Assembly: GCA_028023455.1 (NCBI GenBank)
Contig: JAQFVV010000003.1
Coordinates: forward strand, 29,698,001-29,762,000
Source of the DNA: Epiperipatus broadwayi
Lineage: Eukaryota > Animalia > Onychophora
DNA length: 64,000 nt
Direction: 5' to 3'
Numbering within the stretch: the first letter of the stretch is position 1; the number at the start of each line of letters is the position of its first letter. The notes beneath the pieces were generated by a model that saw only the letters and a list, made by a program, of their open reading frames with translations, did no database searches and had not been told where the DNA came from. Positions 1 to 13,174 of the stretch are shown here, one piece after another. The translations under genes were made by a program, and so were the position numbers.

Positions 1-2568
1 GAAACATTATTTTCTTGTATTAGAAAGCATTTTTATTATTGATGTAAATTTAATACCTTCTAATATTAACAATCCAAAGCTATTAGACTTTGACATAATT
101 TACTCCTTTCAATAAAACACTATTTTTTTTTACTGTATATTATTCCTGTTAAATCTGAAAATAAGTATCATAATAAAATATATAGGTTTCTTAATTATTA
201 AAATAAAAGTTATTTAATATTAATATATGAATAATGTGTAAGTATACATGCACGTTTATAAAAAAGGATTTGATTCATTAGTTAATATCTTTAGAAATGA
301 ATAATTCTATTATTTAGATATGTGAAAAAAGTATTATAAGTTATTAATTTGGAAAAGTCTCAAAGATATTTAAAATATACGGAACTGCATATAATCCCAT
401 CTTAATTAAATGCCATTAAGGTTAAAGAAAAAGAAAACATTAAATGAGGAGAATCCATTATAATTAATTTCTGAATGAGAAGAAATAATTTATATTTTAT
501 TGTCAGTTGTAAGCACTTAGAATTAATCATAATTGAATACTAGCAGAATGATTTAAAAGGTTAAATACTGAGTTATACAGGTGTTTATATTATAGAATAA
601 TATTAATTATAATGTAGATATTTATCAATAAATATTACTGAATATGGATACCATAAACAATGTTCATTTCATAAGAGTTTAAAGATAATTTATTGTAGAT
701 ATATTTTACTATGGAGAATTAAAGTAGCCCTGTACCATAAACCATGAGATAATGAATTTATAAGTACTGTAGTATTTAGAAAATAATTTATTAATATTTT
801 GCCAGATGTAGTTAATGTAACCTTGTTGTACATGACCTTGAACATACTTTTGAGGTTATATTATGTATCATGGCTTAAATGTTGAACAAAGATTATCAAA
901 AATTTTCCTATGTTTTTGAAGAATTTATAATGTTGTTGGATGACATGATGATATCTACTTCTTAGTCATTTTATTAATTAATTCTATCTGTGAAGTATTT
1001 CAACTCCGATATATTTAAATTTTGTTGAACAATGTAGGCAATATAGTCAATATGATGATTTTTCAGCACTTGATTAGTATGATGAAGATTTAAAGTTATG
1101 AATTTTATTAAATTGAGCTCAATGGCCAATAATTTATGCAGTATTGAAAAAAAAATTACTTCCAAAATATACTTGTAAGTGTAAAATTTAAGAGTAAGTG
1201 TAATGAGTTCTCAACATTGCTAGTGTTACATTAGAGTCAAAATAATAATAATAATTATTATTATTGTAATAATTGACATTGGTTTTATTATTTATTTAGA
1301 TACGATTAAAAACAACATAGAATTTAAACTGATAAGTGAATTATTTAAAAAAGAAGTAATAAATAATATTGGGTATAATATAAGAAGTCAAATTTATTTA
1401 AAACAGTTAAAAATAATCTTTTGGATAATTATTAATAGATTTTTGTGTATAAAATTGAAATGCAATATATTGATTAAATAATCAACCAATAATGGAATTG
1501 TATATAGCTTGTATATGATAAATCTATTATTATATTTGTTAAAATAATATCTTTTTTAGATATTTTCTAGTAGTGGTTTCATTCAATACGGAAACCAGAA
1601 AAGTTCAAGACTTACTGGCCTATAATGGAAATAACTAGCATGATGTAATGGTCGAGATGAAAAAGAAGATGCAAAAAGATGAACTGGGAGAAATAAAAAT
1701 CCTTTTCAGAAAATAGTTTTATAATTTTGTTATAGTTTTGACAAAGAAAATTGTTGTTCTTATTTTATGGAATAAAAACTGAAACTCAAAACATAAGGAC
1801 AATATTATGGGAAGATTGGGATCAATTCAATTTCAATGATTCAGATTCTGGAAGAACTTGGTGGTGTCCAAAACTACTATAAATAGCTGCTAAAAAGTAT
1901 TAGAAAAACATTAAACTTGTAGCATTTTTCTCCAGCATTCCAAACATATATTTTCTATATTACATTCACTGAAATATGTGGGTAATACATATATGATTTT
2001 TAAAATATGATATTCACTAATTTTACATTTTTTCATAATAATGTTTTATTATTCATCTTCTATATTTCAAACATATAGCAGTTTTCTTCAGGGCTATACA
2101 TTAGATTAAAAAACAAACAAAAAAATATATAAAAGTATGTGCATACATAAATGTATATAGAGATATTTACATATGCACAATAATTTTAGCGTTTCATTCT
2201 TTCTGCATTACAGTTTTAAATTTCAAAATTAGTATGCATATATACATACAGATTTAGATAGGTTATTTATAATTTGTTAATGATTAAAAAAACAACAACT
2301 AAATGTATGAACTTTAAAAAATTTTATTATAAAACTGTATGTCATAAAAAAAAAAAAAGTAATATATTTTCACTTATAAATTCAAGAAAACTGTTACACA
2401 GTACAAATATAAAGATTAATCATAATCCACCAGTAATAAAAATGCAAAAGACATATTCTATATTCATTTCAATAATATTAAATAGGGTAAAAATATATGG
2501 ATATACACAAACACATATGATATAGTATTATACAGTAATAAAAGAAATTTATAGCAAAAAAAAATTAC

Positions 2569-2846
2569 CTGCTGTGTAGCTGCAATGGCCTGAGAAGCAG
2601 CAGCTGCTATGGCATTACTACTAGATCCCATCTGACCTAAACTGTAACTAAGAGCAGGAGTAGGAACTCCTGATGAAGTACAGCTACTAGAATTAAACAT
2701 AGTTGTTGCAGGAGAACTAGAATTTGAGCTATTTCTTTGAAAAGCAACATCTCTGGCTGCTTCATGAGCAACATTTGACAATACTTTTTCTGTTACATTC
2801 TTTTTCTCTAAATGATTACTAAGTGCATTCTGGGTATATTTCCTTT
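2569..2846 (-). CDS. ING3: ING3 exon 7 (K)RKYTQNALS...AIAAAASQAIAATQQ (Ser/Ala-rich linker)
   Basis: TTGTCAG|AA...CAG|GTAATT, 278 nt, within ORF 2464..2853. Ends in the ING3-conserved AIAAAASQAIAATQQ motif. Later exons (PHD finger) were not found in 1-2568. Confidence 0.93.
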
Positions 2847-2979
2847 CTGACAAAATTTTTTTAAAAAAATCACATTATTACAAAGATATACTGATTATTA
2901 ATTATATATAATATAAAAATAGACAAATTTATCAATTACGTTCTGAATTAAAATTCAATAGAAAAAAAACAAAACTTAC

Positions 2980-3033
2980 TTTCTGCTCTATGATGATTAG
3001 AAGGTTGAGGAGGATTATCTAATTCTAATGATC
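2980..3033 (-). CDS. ING3: ING3 exon 6 (R)SLELDNPPQPSNHHRAE
   Basis: TTTAG|GA...GAAA|GTAAGT, 54 nt, phase 1 to phase 1. Matches ING3 RSLELD. Confidence 0.92.
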
Positions 3034-3789
3034 CTAAATAAAATAATTTATATAAATATATAATATGGAATATATATACATATTATGTATAATTTTTTTC
3101 ACATATAATAAGATATAAGTGTGTTAACTTCTTTACCTAAGGGAATTGGATACTATGACTAAAATATAACTTTTGATTATGGTTGGAGAGTTACTATTTA
3201 TTAAAATATTTTGCCCTAGCATCTCAATATTTAGATATATCATAAATTTTATTATTCAATTTATGTTGATAAAATATAGTATAATGAAAGTCTATTAATA
3301 GACAAGTTAAATTTTACAATTTGCATTACCTTAATTTCTTCTCTTTAGTCATTGAGACAAAAATTACTCATTAATATTATATAACTATCAATTTTTGAAA
3401 TCAATTATGATCTGGAATAAGCCTTGTCCTAAATTAATTCTAAACCAAAATAGAAAATCAATACACTATAAATATACTAATTATTTACTTTCCAAAAAAA
3501 TAAAATAAAATTAAATATGCAATTACTCATCTATTTGCATTTTTGAATATCTTGAGATTACCAATCATTATTCTAAAAAGTAAATTCATCTATCTTGCTG
3601 GTAATTGAAAATTATGGATCTTTCAATGAATGGTATTATCCATGATATGACAAAAATTAATTTAAATCTAATTATTTACATTTCTAAAAAAGTTCAGTAC
3701 TTATATTTTTTTTCTAACACAGTTTAAAAATATTGCTTTTTTTTTTTTACACCTTGCAACAAGGCTGTATATAATTACTATATTTATTT

Positions 3790-4460
3790 AATTAGTATAC
3801 AGAATATTTAATGAGGTTGAACCAAATTGGAAGGAGACAAACATGGATTCATGATTAATGGTAAAAGCATTAACAATTTTAGATGTATTGAATTCACTAT
3901 ACTTACAGCTGTAAATAGAGAAGACTTCAAGATACTTATTAGAAAAGTTAAAGAATGAAAAAATGAAATTATGGCTATATATATATATAAACAAAGATTA
4001 TGACAACAGAAACAGCAATTGACTTTAAAATTTATAAAGGCATAAAAGATGGTAACAGTTTTGATCTCCTTGAATAATTTAACAACAGAAAAAGATTAAC
4101 ACTGAGCAGAAGTGTAATGAAAAATCTGGAAAGATTTTTAGATATAGGAAATATCTTCAAAAATCAAGATCAGAATTATTCCAATTATGATATTTCTTTG
4201 ATTTCTATGGATGTGAAAATATAGCAAAGAAAAAACATAAAAAAAGTAATGATAAATTTTGAACTGTGATGCTAAAGAAAGATTTGAGAACAATAAAGGC
4301 AGTAAAGAAAACAAGCAAGTAAACATGTGATCAGATTAAAGGTAAATTTTTCCTTGAAGCAAAATTGTTTTGCTCATATTAAGAAATGATCTACCTGGAA
4401 AGATTGATGATAAAAGATAAAGAGAATGATCAACAGTGGAGTGGATAAATTACATTATCA
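3790..4460 (+). mobile_element. Decayed RTE-clade LINE, RT C-terminal fragment
   Basis: Translates INGKSINNFRCIEFTILTAVNREDFKILIRKVKE* (cf. RTE INGRNINNLRYADDTTL), then YGCEN and FEL*C*RK (cf. YGCESW, FELWCWRR). Contains stops and frameshifts. Confidence 0.8.
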
Positions 4461-5399
4461 TCATAATAATTTCACATATGAGTAACATAAAAACCAATTA
4501 GATGAAAGTATTTAATATTTATTTTTTCTTTTGATCTCTTAAAATTAAAATGTCACTTTTATAAATATTATTGATTTTTTTATACTTGTTGCTATACTTT
4601 TTACATAATTAATTTGCTATAATTTAAAAATAAAAATGTGAATTCATAATTTAAAAATAAACTCATCATAAAACAATGCTTTTCATTTTGTTTCAAAAGA
4701 TTATTACTTAAATATATATGACAAATTTTGAAATTAACAGAACTTAGTTTTAGTTTCTTAGTAAAATTTAGGCATGATTAGAAACCATAGATTATTAAAA
4801 TTGTAGTAAAGTCTTTTAAATATAGTGCATCAGATGAGATTATGTTCTTAAAACCACTCATCATTGTTTACACCTGCATGTGTTCTCCAATGTACTCTTG
4901 ATTATTTAATTTATATTGATTAATTAAAATATATTAAGTTATAATAACTGTGTTGAGCTTCATTCGTAATCCATCCCAAATCTTAATTAAATCTCTTTAT
5001 GCTAAGTCATAATTAAGTTTCTTAAAATTAGTGTTACTTAATAATATAAGCATTATCTAGCCTGCCGTAGATGTGTGTGTTTATTTAAAGTATATAGTAA
5101 TTTAGTTAATATTCCCCAAGTCTCTTGCTCCACCCTTTGCTATTGCCGGCATGCGAACTAAGAAATTCCAAGTACAGTCTCATATATGTCATTCATAGGG
5201 TAGTAAGTCATGGAGTGTTGGTGGAGGAGCTGACGTGTGATCAGGTTCGAGGTCTCAAACCCTCATCTAGATCAACCTTGGTATAATTTGCCAGGACTCT
5301 GGATTTTGTTGCGTGAATGTACAAATATGACTGTTACACTATAAGCTATGATAGTGATCTATCAAAGATTAATGAAAAATTTGAGATGAGACAGAGAAG

Positions 5400-5630
5400 A
5401 ATTGACCATGCTTCTCATAAGCCTTGTATATTTAAAATAGATTTTGTGTTTGTAAATACTCAAGTCAGTGACCCATAGAAATATAGGTTTAAAAAGTTTT
5501 TAAATGTATATGAAAAACTGTTCCAAATAAAGAGAAAAGTGAGGGAGAATACATTTCTCTTAGAAACCCCTGAAGATTAAAAAGATACCTTCAATGTCCA
5601 GAGTTTAAAACTAGTAGCATCACCTGAGTA
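5400..5630 (+). mobile_element. Decayed Gypsy integrase C-terminal (GPY/F-like) fragment
   Basis: KIKRKVRENTFLLETPED*KDTFNVQSLKL resembles the GPY/F module GPYxIxxKVxxNxYxL...TFNVxxLK. Confidence 0.45.
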
Positions 5631-8600
5631 AACATGATTTATCAAAAAAAAAATTAGAGTATAATTTATCTTGTAGTATAATAAACATTATTTTAGTGTT
5701 TCAACTTTATCCCTATATTAGCAATGATAATATGACTGTAAATGTTTAAAAAAGGAAAAGATGCGAGATCTTTGTTTGTAATTTGGATAAAACTCAAACA
5801 TAACCTGTTGAACAAAAGGCATTTATGAAACAGTAGTATATTTAGTATTATTATTATTTTTGACTGTTGTGAAAATATTTGATATCAGAATGAAATAATT
5901 AATGATAAAATAGAGTATTATGGAAGATAAATATCATGGAATATGGTAACAGAAAAGTTTTTTAAATATTTGTGTTCATCGCTCCTTATGTATTACTTTG
6001 AAGTGTTACGAAATCCTAAAATTAGGAATATTTTGAAAACACTTAAAGAAGTGAGATATATAAAGGTTTGTGTACTAGGGCAAATATAATAAATGATGAA
6101 AATTCCAGCTATTAAATGTCAGTAATAGTTGACTGCAAATAATTTTATTAAGAGTACTAAATAATTTGTTTTATATATAAAACCTCTGGAACATAAGTTT
6201 ATCTTCAAAGTTGAATAATGAAGGTAATCTTAAAAGGAATACTATATAGAAAAGTAAGTTGAAAATGCATTATATGAAAGAAACTATATTAATGTTTACG
6301 TGATATCACGGTAATGGTTAAGAGTTAGTTGATTTTAATGTAAGAAACTTTGAATATAATATATCATAATGGTTGGTTATGATAAATTTCAGGTTATATT
6401 ACTGATAAGAGATTATTGAAAAAGATAAAGATATAATGGGTTATTTTCAGATAATTGACAAGTTTTATGAAGGATAAAAAAAATACAGATGTATAATTGT
6501 ACTTTACAATACATTGTTAATGAATAAGCCAAATTTTTTTTTTGGTAGTCATGATGTTTTGATGTGTTATTTATTAGAGGCATATAATAAAAGATGAGAA
6601 TAAAAAAATAAATAACTTTTGTCTTGTTTTAGTGAGCATAATAATGAAGTATTTGGGATTCATTAGAATTGAATTATTAAACAATATATAAAGATGAAAA
6701 AGAAGAAGAATGGACATTTGTGTATATTTAAGTGAAGATGGTTTATTGTATACATTTAAAGGTAATAATAAATCACTGCTGTTAGTTTTAAATTTTAAAA
6801 AAACTTCTTTTTTTTCTGGTAGAAGAAAGATTCAGTATCTGGTAAAATGTCAGTCAGAAATTGTTTTTTTATTTCTTTCTTGTTTGATTTTGATGGTGTA
6901 TATATTAACCTACAAAGCATTGAACTGTGTTGCTATGACAATGATATTGATATAAAAAAATTATTTATTATTAATTGTAATTGTATAAGATTGTCAAATG
7001 ACTTTATTCATTCTAAAAATGAATGTGTAAATAATATTTTTTATAGTATCAAAATTATTATTCTTCTTTATATTTTTATTAGTGCATTCACCATAGTAGA
7101 TTACAAATAATATACCCACCTAAATGTTTAATGTCTCTAGTATATTTGTTGTTTTATTTGTATGATATTATATTTGAAAGATATATGTAAAAAGTTTATT
7201 TTCATTGTAGTATGAAAGAATGTAGTCTTAAATGTTTAATTTATGTTGGAGCGAAAGGATCTTATTTGTATTATGAAACATAAATGTTTATTGTATATAA
7301 TAATTCTAAAATATTTATTTTGTTATATAATAGTAAATTTTTTTATTTCAGAGATGCTAGTTAAAATTGGCTAAAGAGTTAACAAAAGGTATTACTATAG
7401 TTACTCTGAAGTCAATAAGAAAAGTTATAAAGCTGAATAGAAAAAACTCTATTTTGGCTTTAGCAGAAGTGAACCTAAGTTCCTTCTTAAGATCTTTTAA
7501 ATTTATTTTTAAAAGTATATTATTGTAAAATGAATAGAATGATGGGCTGAAAGCAATAATGTTCATTTATTGGCTGAACAGGATCGTTGAATTTGTGAAA
7601 AGTGACAATTTATTGAAATATGAAAATTAATTCTTAGTGTTTCAAAAAAAAAAAAAAAAAAACTATTAGAATGTTTCTTTGCTTTAAAAATGGATACCTA
7701 TTTTTCAATGATGCTAAGAACATAAAATGTACACAAAGATTAGGTTTACCTACTGGTGTAATTTCATGAGTTTGATGGATTGTTTATATACCATATAAAA
7801 ATTGGTTCAATTTCCATAGCATTGTCATGGATGAAACACAATTCTGTTCACTTGTAATGTTTTATAAATTGACTACTTGCTAAATGAAAAGATATCTACA
7901 TTGCATCATCACGAATATAAATTAGTGTTTGCACACTTATAACATATAAACCAAATATCTGCTAAAAGAAAAGATAATTTGGATATTTGGAAAATATTGG
8001 AGTTGATAAAATGTGCTTTGAACCTCATAACTTTTCATGATATTTCTACTTTTTCTGGCATAATAAAATATTGTTGGATAATGATTTAAGAAATAGACAT
8101 AAGAAGTATGGTACTATTTCTAGTAATGCTATATTTAAAGATTATTACTCAGGTCATTTGCTTATATTTATCATTATTTCTCTTCATTTAAAATGTATAG
8201 TATTTATTGCTATGAATAGTAGTGTAATTTTAGGTTAAATAATAATCCATTTACATACATAAATATAAGAGTTATGTCTAGCTAAGTTTGAATTTATATC
8301 TTGCAGCATAATAATTATTATTTTAATCTAAAGTATTCTTTTTTTTTATTTATTTATTGCTTATAAATTAACTTCAGGTATATCACTTACAATAGGAGTT
8401 CAACAGAATTATATCGTATTTATTTTATTTTGTTCTCATAAATTTATATTGATAAAATAAATAAATTTATATATATATATATTTCTATTAACTATATTTT
8501 TTTTATATATTTCGGAATGTATAAATGTTCTACAACATTTTTGTGTTACATAAATATACATTTTATGGGGTGAAGTTCGATGTACAATCACCTCTTTAAA

Positions 8601-10546
8601 TATGAAGTTAATGTCAATTGAAAACTTATTGCATAAAGTATAATCAGATCATATGCATATATTTTAAATGTTTATTTGCTATATATATATATTATTTTAA
8701 TTTATATCAAGTTGTTAATATATTTTGAATTAATTTTAAACACGTAAACTTGTTTGGTTTTCATTCAATTTTAAAATGTATATTTATTAGGTAATCGTAT
8801 TTGAATGAGACAATATTCACTAATTCATCATATTATATAATTCATTAGAAACATTTACAAAATAGTCCAGAAATCAAAACCACAGAATGGGTAAGAAAGT
8901 ATAATCATATATTTTCTTTGTATTGAATTTAATGTTTATTATCAGACCAGATATAGATTTTATACAGCAATAAATTAATTGATTTGATATTTTTAAATAT
9001 TTAATAAGTAATTAGAAGCTTATTAGGATAGAAATTACATATGAATTGACTCTATGACTGATGAAGGTACAAATACGACAATTATTGAAGATGAGTAAAG
9101 GTACTTGCAATCAAATGTTCATGTCTTTTCTTTTAAATCAATACTGATTAAAATGAATGTTATATTAAGTTAGTATATAGACATAAAGACTGTAATCTTA
9201 TTCAGTTATAAAACTGATAATAGTAATATATTTCATTCTGTTATAAATTAGTGATTTACGTTCAAATTCGTTAGTGTGGATCATAAATTTAGTTTAAATA
9301 TTACATTTTTGATATTAATATTTGATTATAATAAATCTAACAATCTTTTATATGCTTTGACAGTTATAGTCCAAAGTTTTAACAATTTAGCTTTATTAAA
9401 TTGAAAAATAATTGGATATTTGTCCATAGCATTTGAATAAGTATCAAATAAGAATCTATCATTTATTTTATATATTATGAGTGCATACTGAAAATCTTAA
9501 AATTATTTAATAGGATGATTTTATATTTTAAGTTGGAAAAAGTGGAAAGATAGGTTAATGGATTTTATATTATTATTAAGTATTTAATCTTATTATAATT
9601 AACTTAATTAATAAGAGTATACTAATATTAATGGAATAATATAGCTGAGTTAGTATCACATTTGATTTTATTTAATTGTAATTAGAAAACAATTGTTGAG
9701 TTATATATTTTGTTAGATATCATTGATATTGTAAACTTGCAACATATATTAAGATTATTATTTCATCCATCCATGAATTATTTTGTTTAAATAGAAATAA
9801 TGTCTGACTTTTGGTACAAGTATATATTATTATAATCAGTGTGTTGATTCATGAGAAATATTAAAGTGTACCTGTGTAATTCTTTATCATATATTCATTC
9901 TATTGTAAGGGATTTATATAATAGACATATATTGTTATTTATAAGATAGTGATATTTAGTTTCATTGCTTTATCTTTAATTTATTGCAAATAATGCTATA
10001 TTTTAGGATAGCTTGAAGTAATATTTTTATTTGTTTTCTATCCATTCTAAATATTACTGGAATCTATGAGGTTACAACAAAGATTGTTTTATTAACTTAA
10101 GTATTAGATTGTTATTTATTGATTGACATTCATTTTAATTTAGTTTAATATTTTTATTGCATTACAAATGATGCTACAATTCACTGGCATTAATAAATTA
10201 GGATTGTTCTTCCTTGGTTCACATTTTTATTATGTTACAAATGGTGAACAATGATTGGGTACATTTTCATTCAGATTATATTAAAGTTTTCATTTTCCAT
10301 GGTCATTATAGTTATTCAGTTACAAATGACTCCCAATCTGTGAGACATTAAAACCTTCATTTTTATTGTTATAAATGGTACTGTAATTCATAGGCATTAT
10401 CAAACCAGGACCATTCTTTCATGGCCCATATATTTATTCTGTTACAATATACATCTGATTCCTTTAATATGATGGTCTTCCTAAAGCTGTAAATGAAGGT
10501 TTGCATTTATTTTACATACAAAGCAAATGTAAATATAAAATATTTT

Positions 10547-11668
10547 GGTAATATATCGTCTAATTACCCATACCGCTCTATGGCGCTGTTTCTAGTGAAA
10601 ACTAAATATATAACATTACCGGGCTGTTTTTAAATTTTGTTGATTTATGTTTTTAATTTTTGGATTTGCTTGATTTTTTTTTTATTTTTTGTAACCGGTT
10701 TGATGTATATTTCTTAAAAATAAAAAAAATGGGGATGGGGTGGGGGGCTTTTTAAAATATTCTGTCTTTTTTTTTAAGAAACCTTTTTTTTCCCCCCAAG
10801 TCTTTTTTTATTGTTTTTGAAGAAACTTTTTATTTTTTATCGAGAAACAAGGCATTCTCGACAGACCTCTCTAAAACCTGTCGTCATATTCCTTACGGCG
10901 TTTTGACACCTTTCCAACTCAGCTCTAATACGCTTCACTGTAAGCTGCTCCCGGCTTCAAGAATAAATTAGCCATACCACTTGCGAAAAAACGATTCGGC
11001 AGCCTCAAACCCCATTCCATGAGCGAATGGAACAACTTCACATTCCATTTTAGATGTTTGACAATGCCTTAATTTTATTAAACCATCACAAAGACAATTT
11101 TTCTGGGTGTGTAAAATTTTTTTTGGGTTGAAGGAAGGCTACTGCATTTGCTTCTGTAGCAGGTAAATCTCAAAACTACAACGCCGAACGGTCGTCTGCC
11201 ATTGAACTGTTTTGATCTCGAAAAAGTATCGGAAAGTGCGCGACTTGATCGTGAACTTTTCCGAATCGTGATTTACACTCCTCATTTAGTGAATTCTGAC
11301 CCCAGACAACGAAAGTAGGGGCATTTGAGAATTCGTTATAATTTTTACTAACTCACATCAATTACAATACATTTAAGCAAAAAAAAAAATCCGTTCTAAT
11401 ATACTTTTCGTCATTACAACTACAGAAACCTTCATATCATACGCTGTACAATAGTCAAGAGTAATGTCTATAGAGAGTGTCACATACTCATCGCTAATAA
11501 TGTTCAACATGCTAGAGATGTTGGGGTAAGGGTGCACTTCAACATCTTAGGGTTTGAACAGTTTACAGGCCATAAGATCTATGAGTGGCCTTGTAAACAA
11601 CATATTTATGTGCTTTAGTGTAGAAACAGTGCCATCGTGCGGTGTGGATCAACAGACCATGTATTACC
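10547..11668 (-). mobile_element. Merlin (IS1016/ISXO2-like) DNA transposon, defective
   Basis: ~55-60 bp imperfect TIRs (GGTAATATATCGTCT...GCGCTGTTTCTA vs TAGAAACAGTGCC...GTATTACC), flanks AATATTTT/ACTATTTG (6/8, decayed 8-bp TSD). Minus-strand relic DLPATEANAVAFLQ...LIYS*SREQLTVKRIRAELE...FREVC resembles the Merlin transposase N-terminus. Confidence 0.8.
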
Positions 11669-13077
11669 ACTATTTGTGTCATACAAATATTTTAAGGGAT
11701 ATTAAAAAAAGATAATTTAAAATATCCAACAATAGTTCTGTCCAAATTTAGTAATGAAACATTTTCACAAACCAATATAGCACAAATAAAATTGAACCTA
11801 TATGTATAATTCGAGTGTTTAATTTAGAATATGTGATCTTGTCTCAAAACTAATATAATTTATCATCCAAGTATTCATATAAAGTAATTTCATAATATTT
11901 AATTATCTTATATAATGCTTTTAAAAGATAGTAGATCAGAATTGCAGTCTCCAAAGTAAATCTGAATCAGGTATTTACTTATTTATTCATTTTGTTATTG
12001 TTTTTCTTTATTTTTATTATTAAGCTAGCAATTTATATTATTAGTATTTTTGCACGCATTTTGTAAATAAAGTTTAATGTTTTATTTATTAGATGGTTCT
12101 CACTTCAATTTATTTATTCATTCATCCAGTTATTTATCTTATTTTGGAATTAGTAAATACTTAAAAGCAACAATCATGTCTGGCCTTACATGGTGCTCAA
12201 TACATAGAAGTATTTGTAAGTTGGAATAAACAAATGATTATGACTTATTTACTCATGCTCTGTTATATACATGTTATTTTTATATTTGCCCATGTTTTGT
12301 ATCCCAACCGATGGTTGAATCAGCTTCCCTGTATCTATCATTATCATATACAGTATATTTATTACATTCAACATAGATTTACAAAGTAATTCAAATTTTT
12401 TTACCAATATTTTTGTCATGTTTTTTTTTGTGCAGTATTTTATACAAATTGTTTCAAATTGTTTCATCACAGGATTAATGTATATTTTTAAAAACTTGAT
12501 AAGCAAAGAATGAATCCAAATAATCTTTTTCATAGATAATCAAAGTCAAATTGAATTAGTTGCAAAATTTAACAGAATACTAACCAATAAATAATACTGA
12601 GTAGTGTTACAAAAATGCTGCAAACTTTATGTAAATGAGATCCATAAATGATAAATCACATAATCAATCTTTGGGAAATCAAATGATGATACAATGATTG
12701 ATAGAACAGTATAAGTTTTAAAAAAATTATTTTCTGATTATCTACAAAAGTGCATGAAAAATAACACTATTAAGATACAAAAGGTATAAAGTTTAACTCC
12801 TATAGAAATAAAGAAAAGATTGTAATATCAGACGCAATTTTGTTAATTTCCACACACTATTCTATTCAAAGATAACATAGTTGTTTTTAAAAATGATAAA
12901 ATAAATTAACAGAATACAATAAGTCTCAGCATACACCACACAATATAATAACATAAAGAAATAAGGGGAGACAAGGCATATTGTATAGTGCAACATTTTT
13001 GCTATGATGTTAGACAAGTTGCATACAATAACTTTAGCTTCTCATTTCAACAATAAATTAAATCAGATATTACTTAC

Positions 13078-13174
13078 TTTTTTCTAAGACTTCAGTTATT
13101 CCTGCATTATCTGCTTCTAATTCCATTTTAAATTTTGATAATTCCTGATCTAATCGTCGAAGATACCTGTCTAC
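13078..13174 (-). CDS. ING3: ING3 exon 5 VDRYLRRLDQELSKFKMELEADNAGITEVLEK
   Basis: TTATAG|GTA...AAAA|GTAAGT, 97 nt. Contains the hallmark KFKMELEADNAGITE of the ING N-terminal histone-binding domain. Confidence 0.97.

Noticed and set aside
150-1900. Possible Penelope-like RT relic (FKVALYHKP, NNGIVYSL)
   Set aside because: Only short motif echoes; too decayed to call confidently.
1-2568. ING3 exon 8 or PHD-finger exons
   Set aside because: No GRRTxSLKASYE or YCxCxQVSYGEM coding sequence was found on the minus strand; these must lie outside the window.
4800-5338. Solo LTR (TGTAGT...TGTTACA)
   Set aside because: No TSD or second copy to define boundaries.
10151-10460. CRISPR-like repeat-spacer array
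   Set aside because: Eukaryotic intron context, degenerate repeats, mutually similar spacers and no cas genes.
12460-12620. Copia RNase H-like IDNQSQIELV
   Set aside because: A single short motif with no supporting neighbouring domains.
12678-12740. C/D-box snoRNA (ATGATGA...CTGA) in an ING3 intron
   Set aside because: No terminal stem or recognisable guide; such motifs are frequent by chance.
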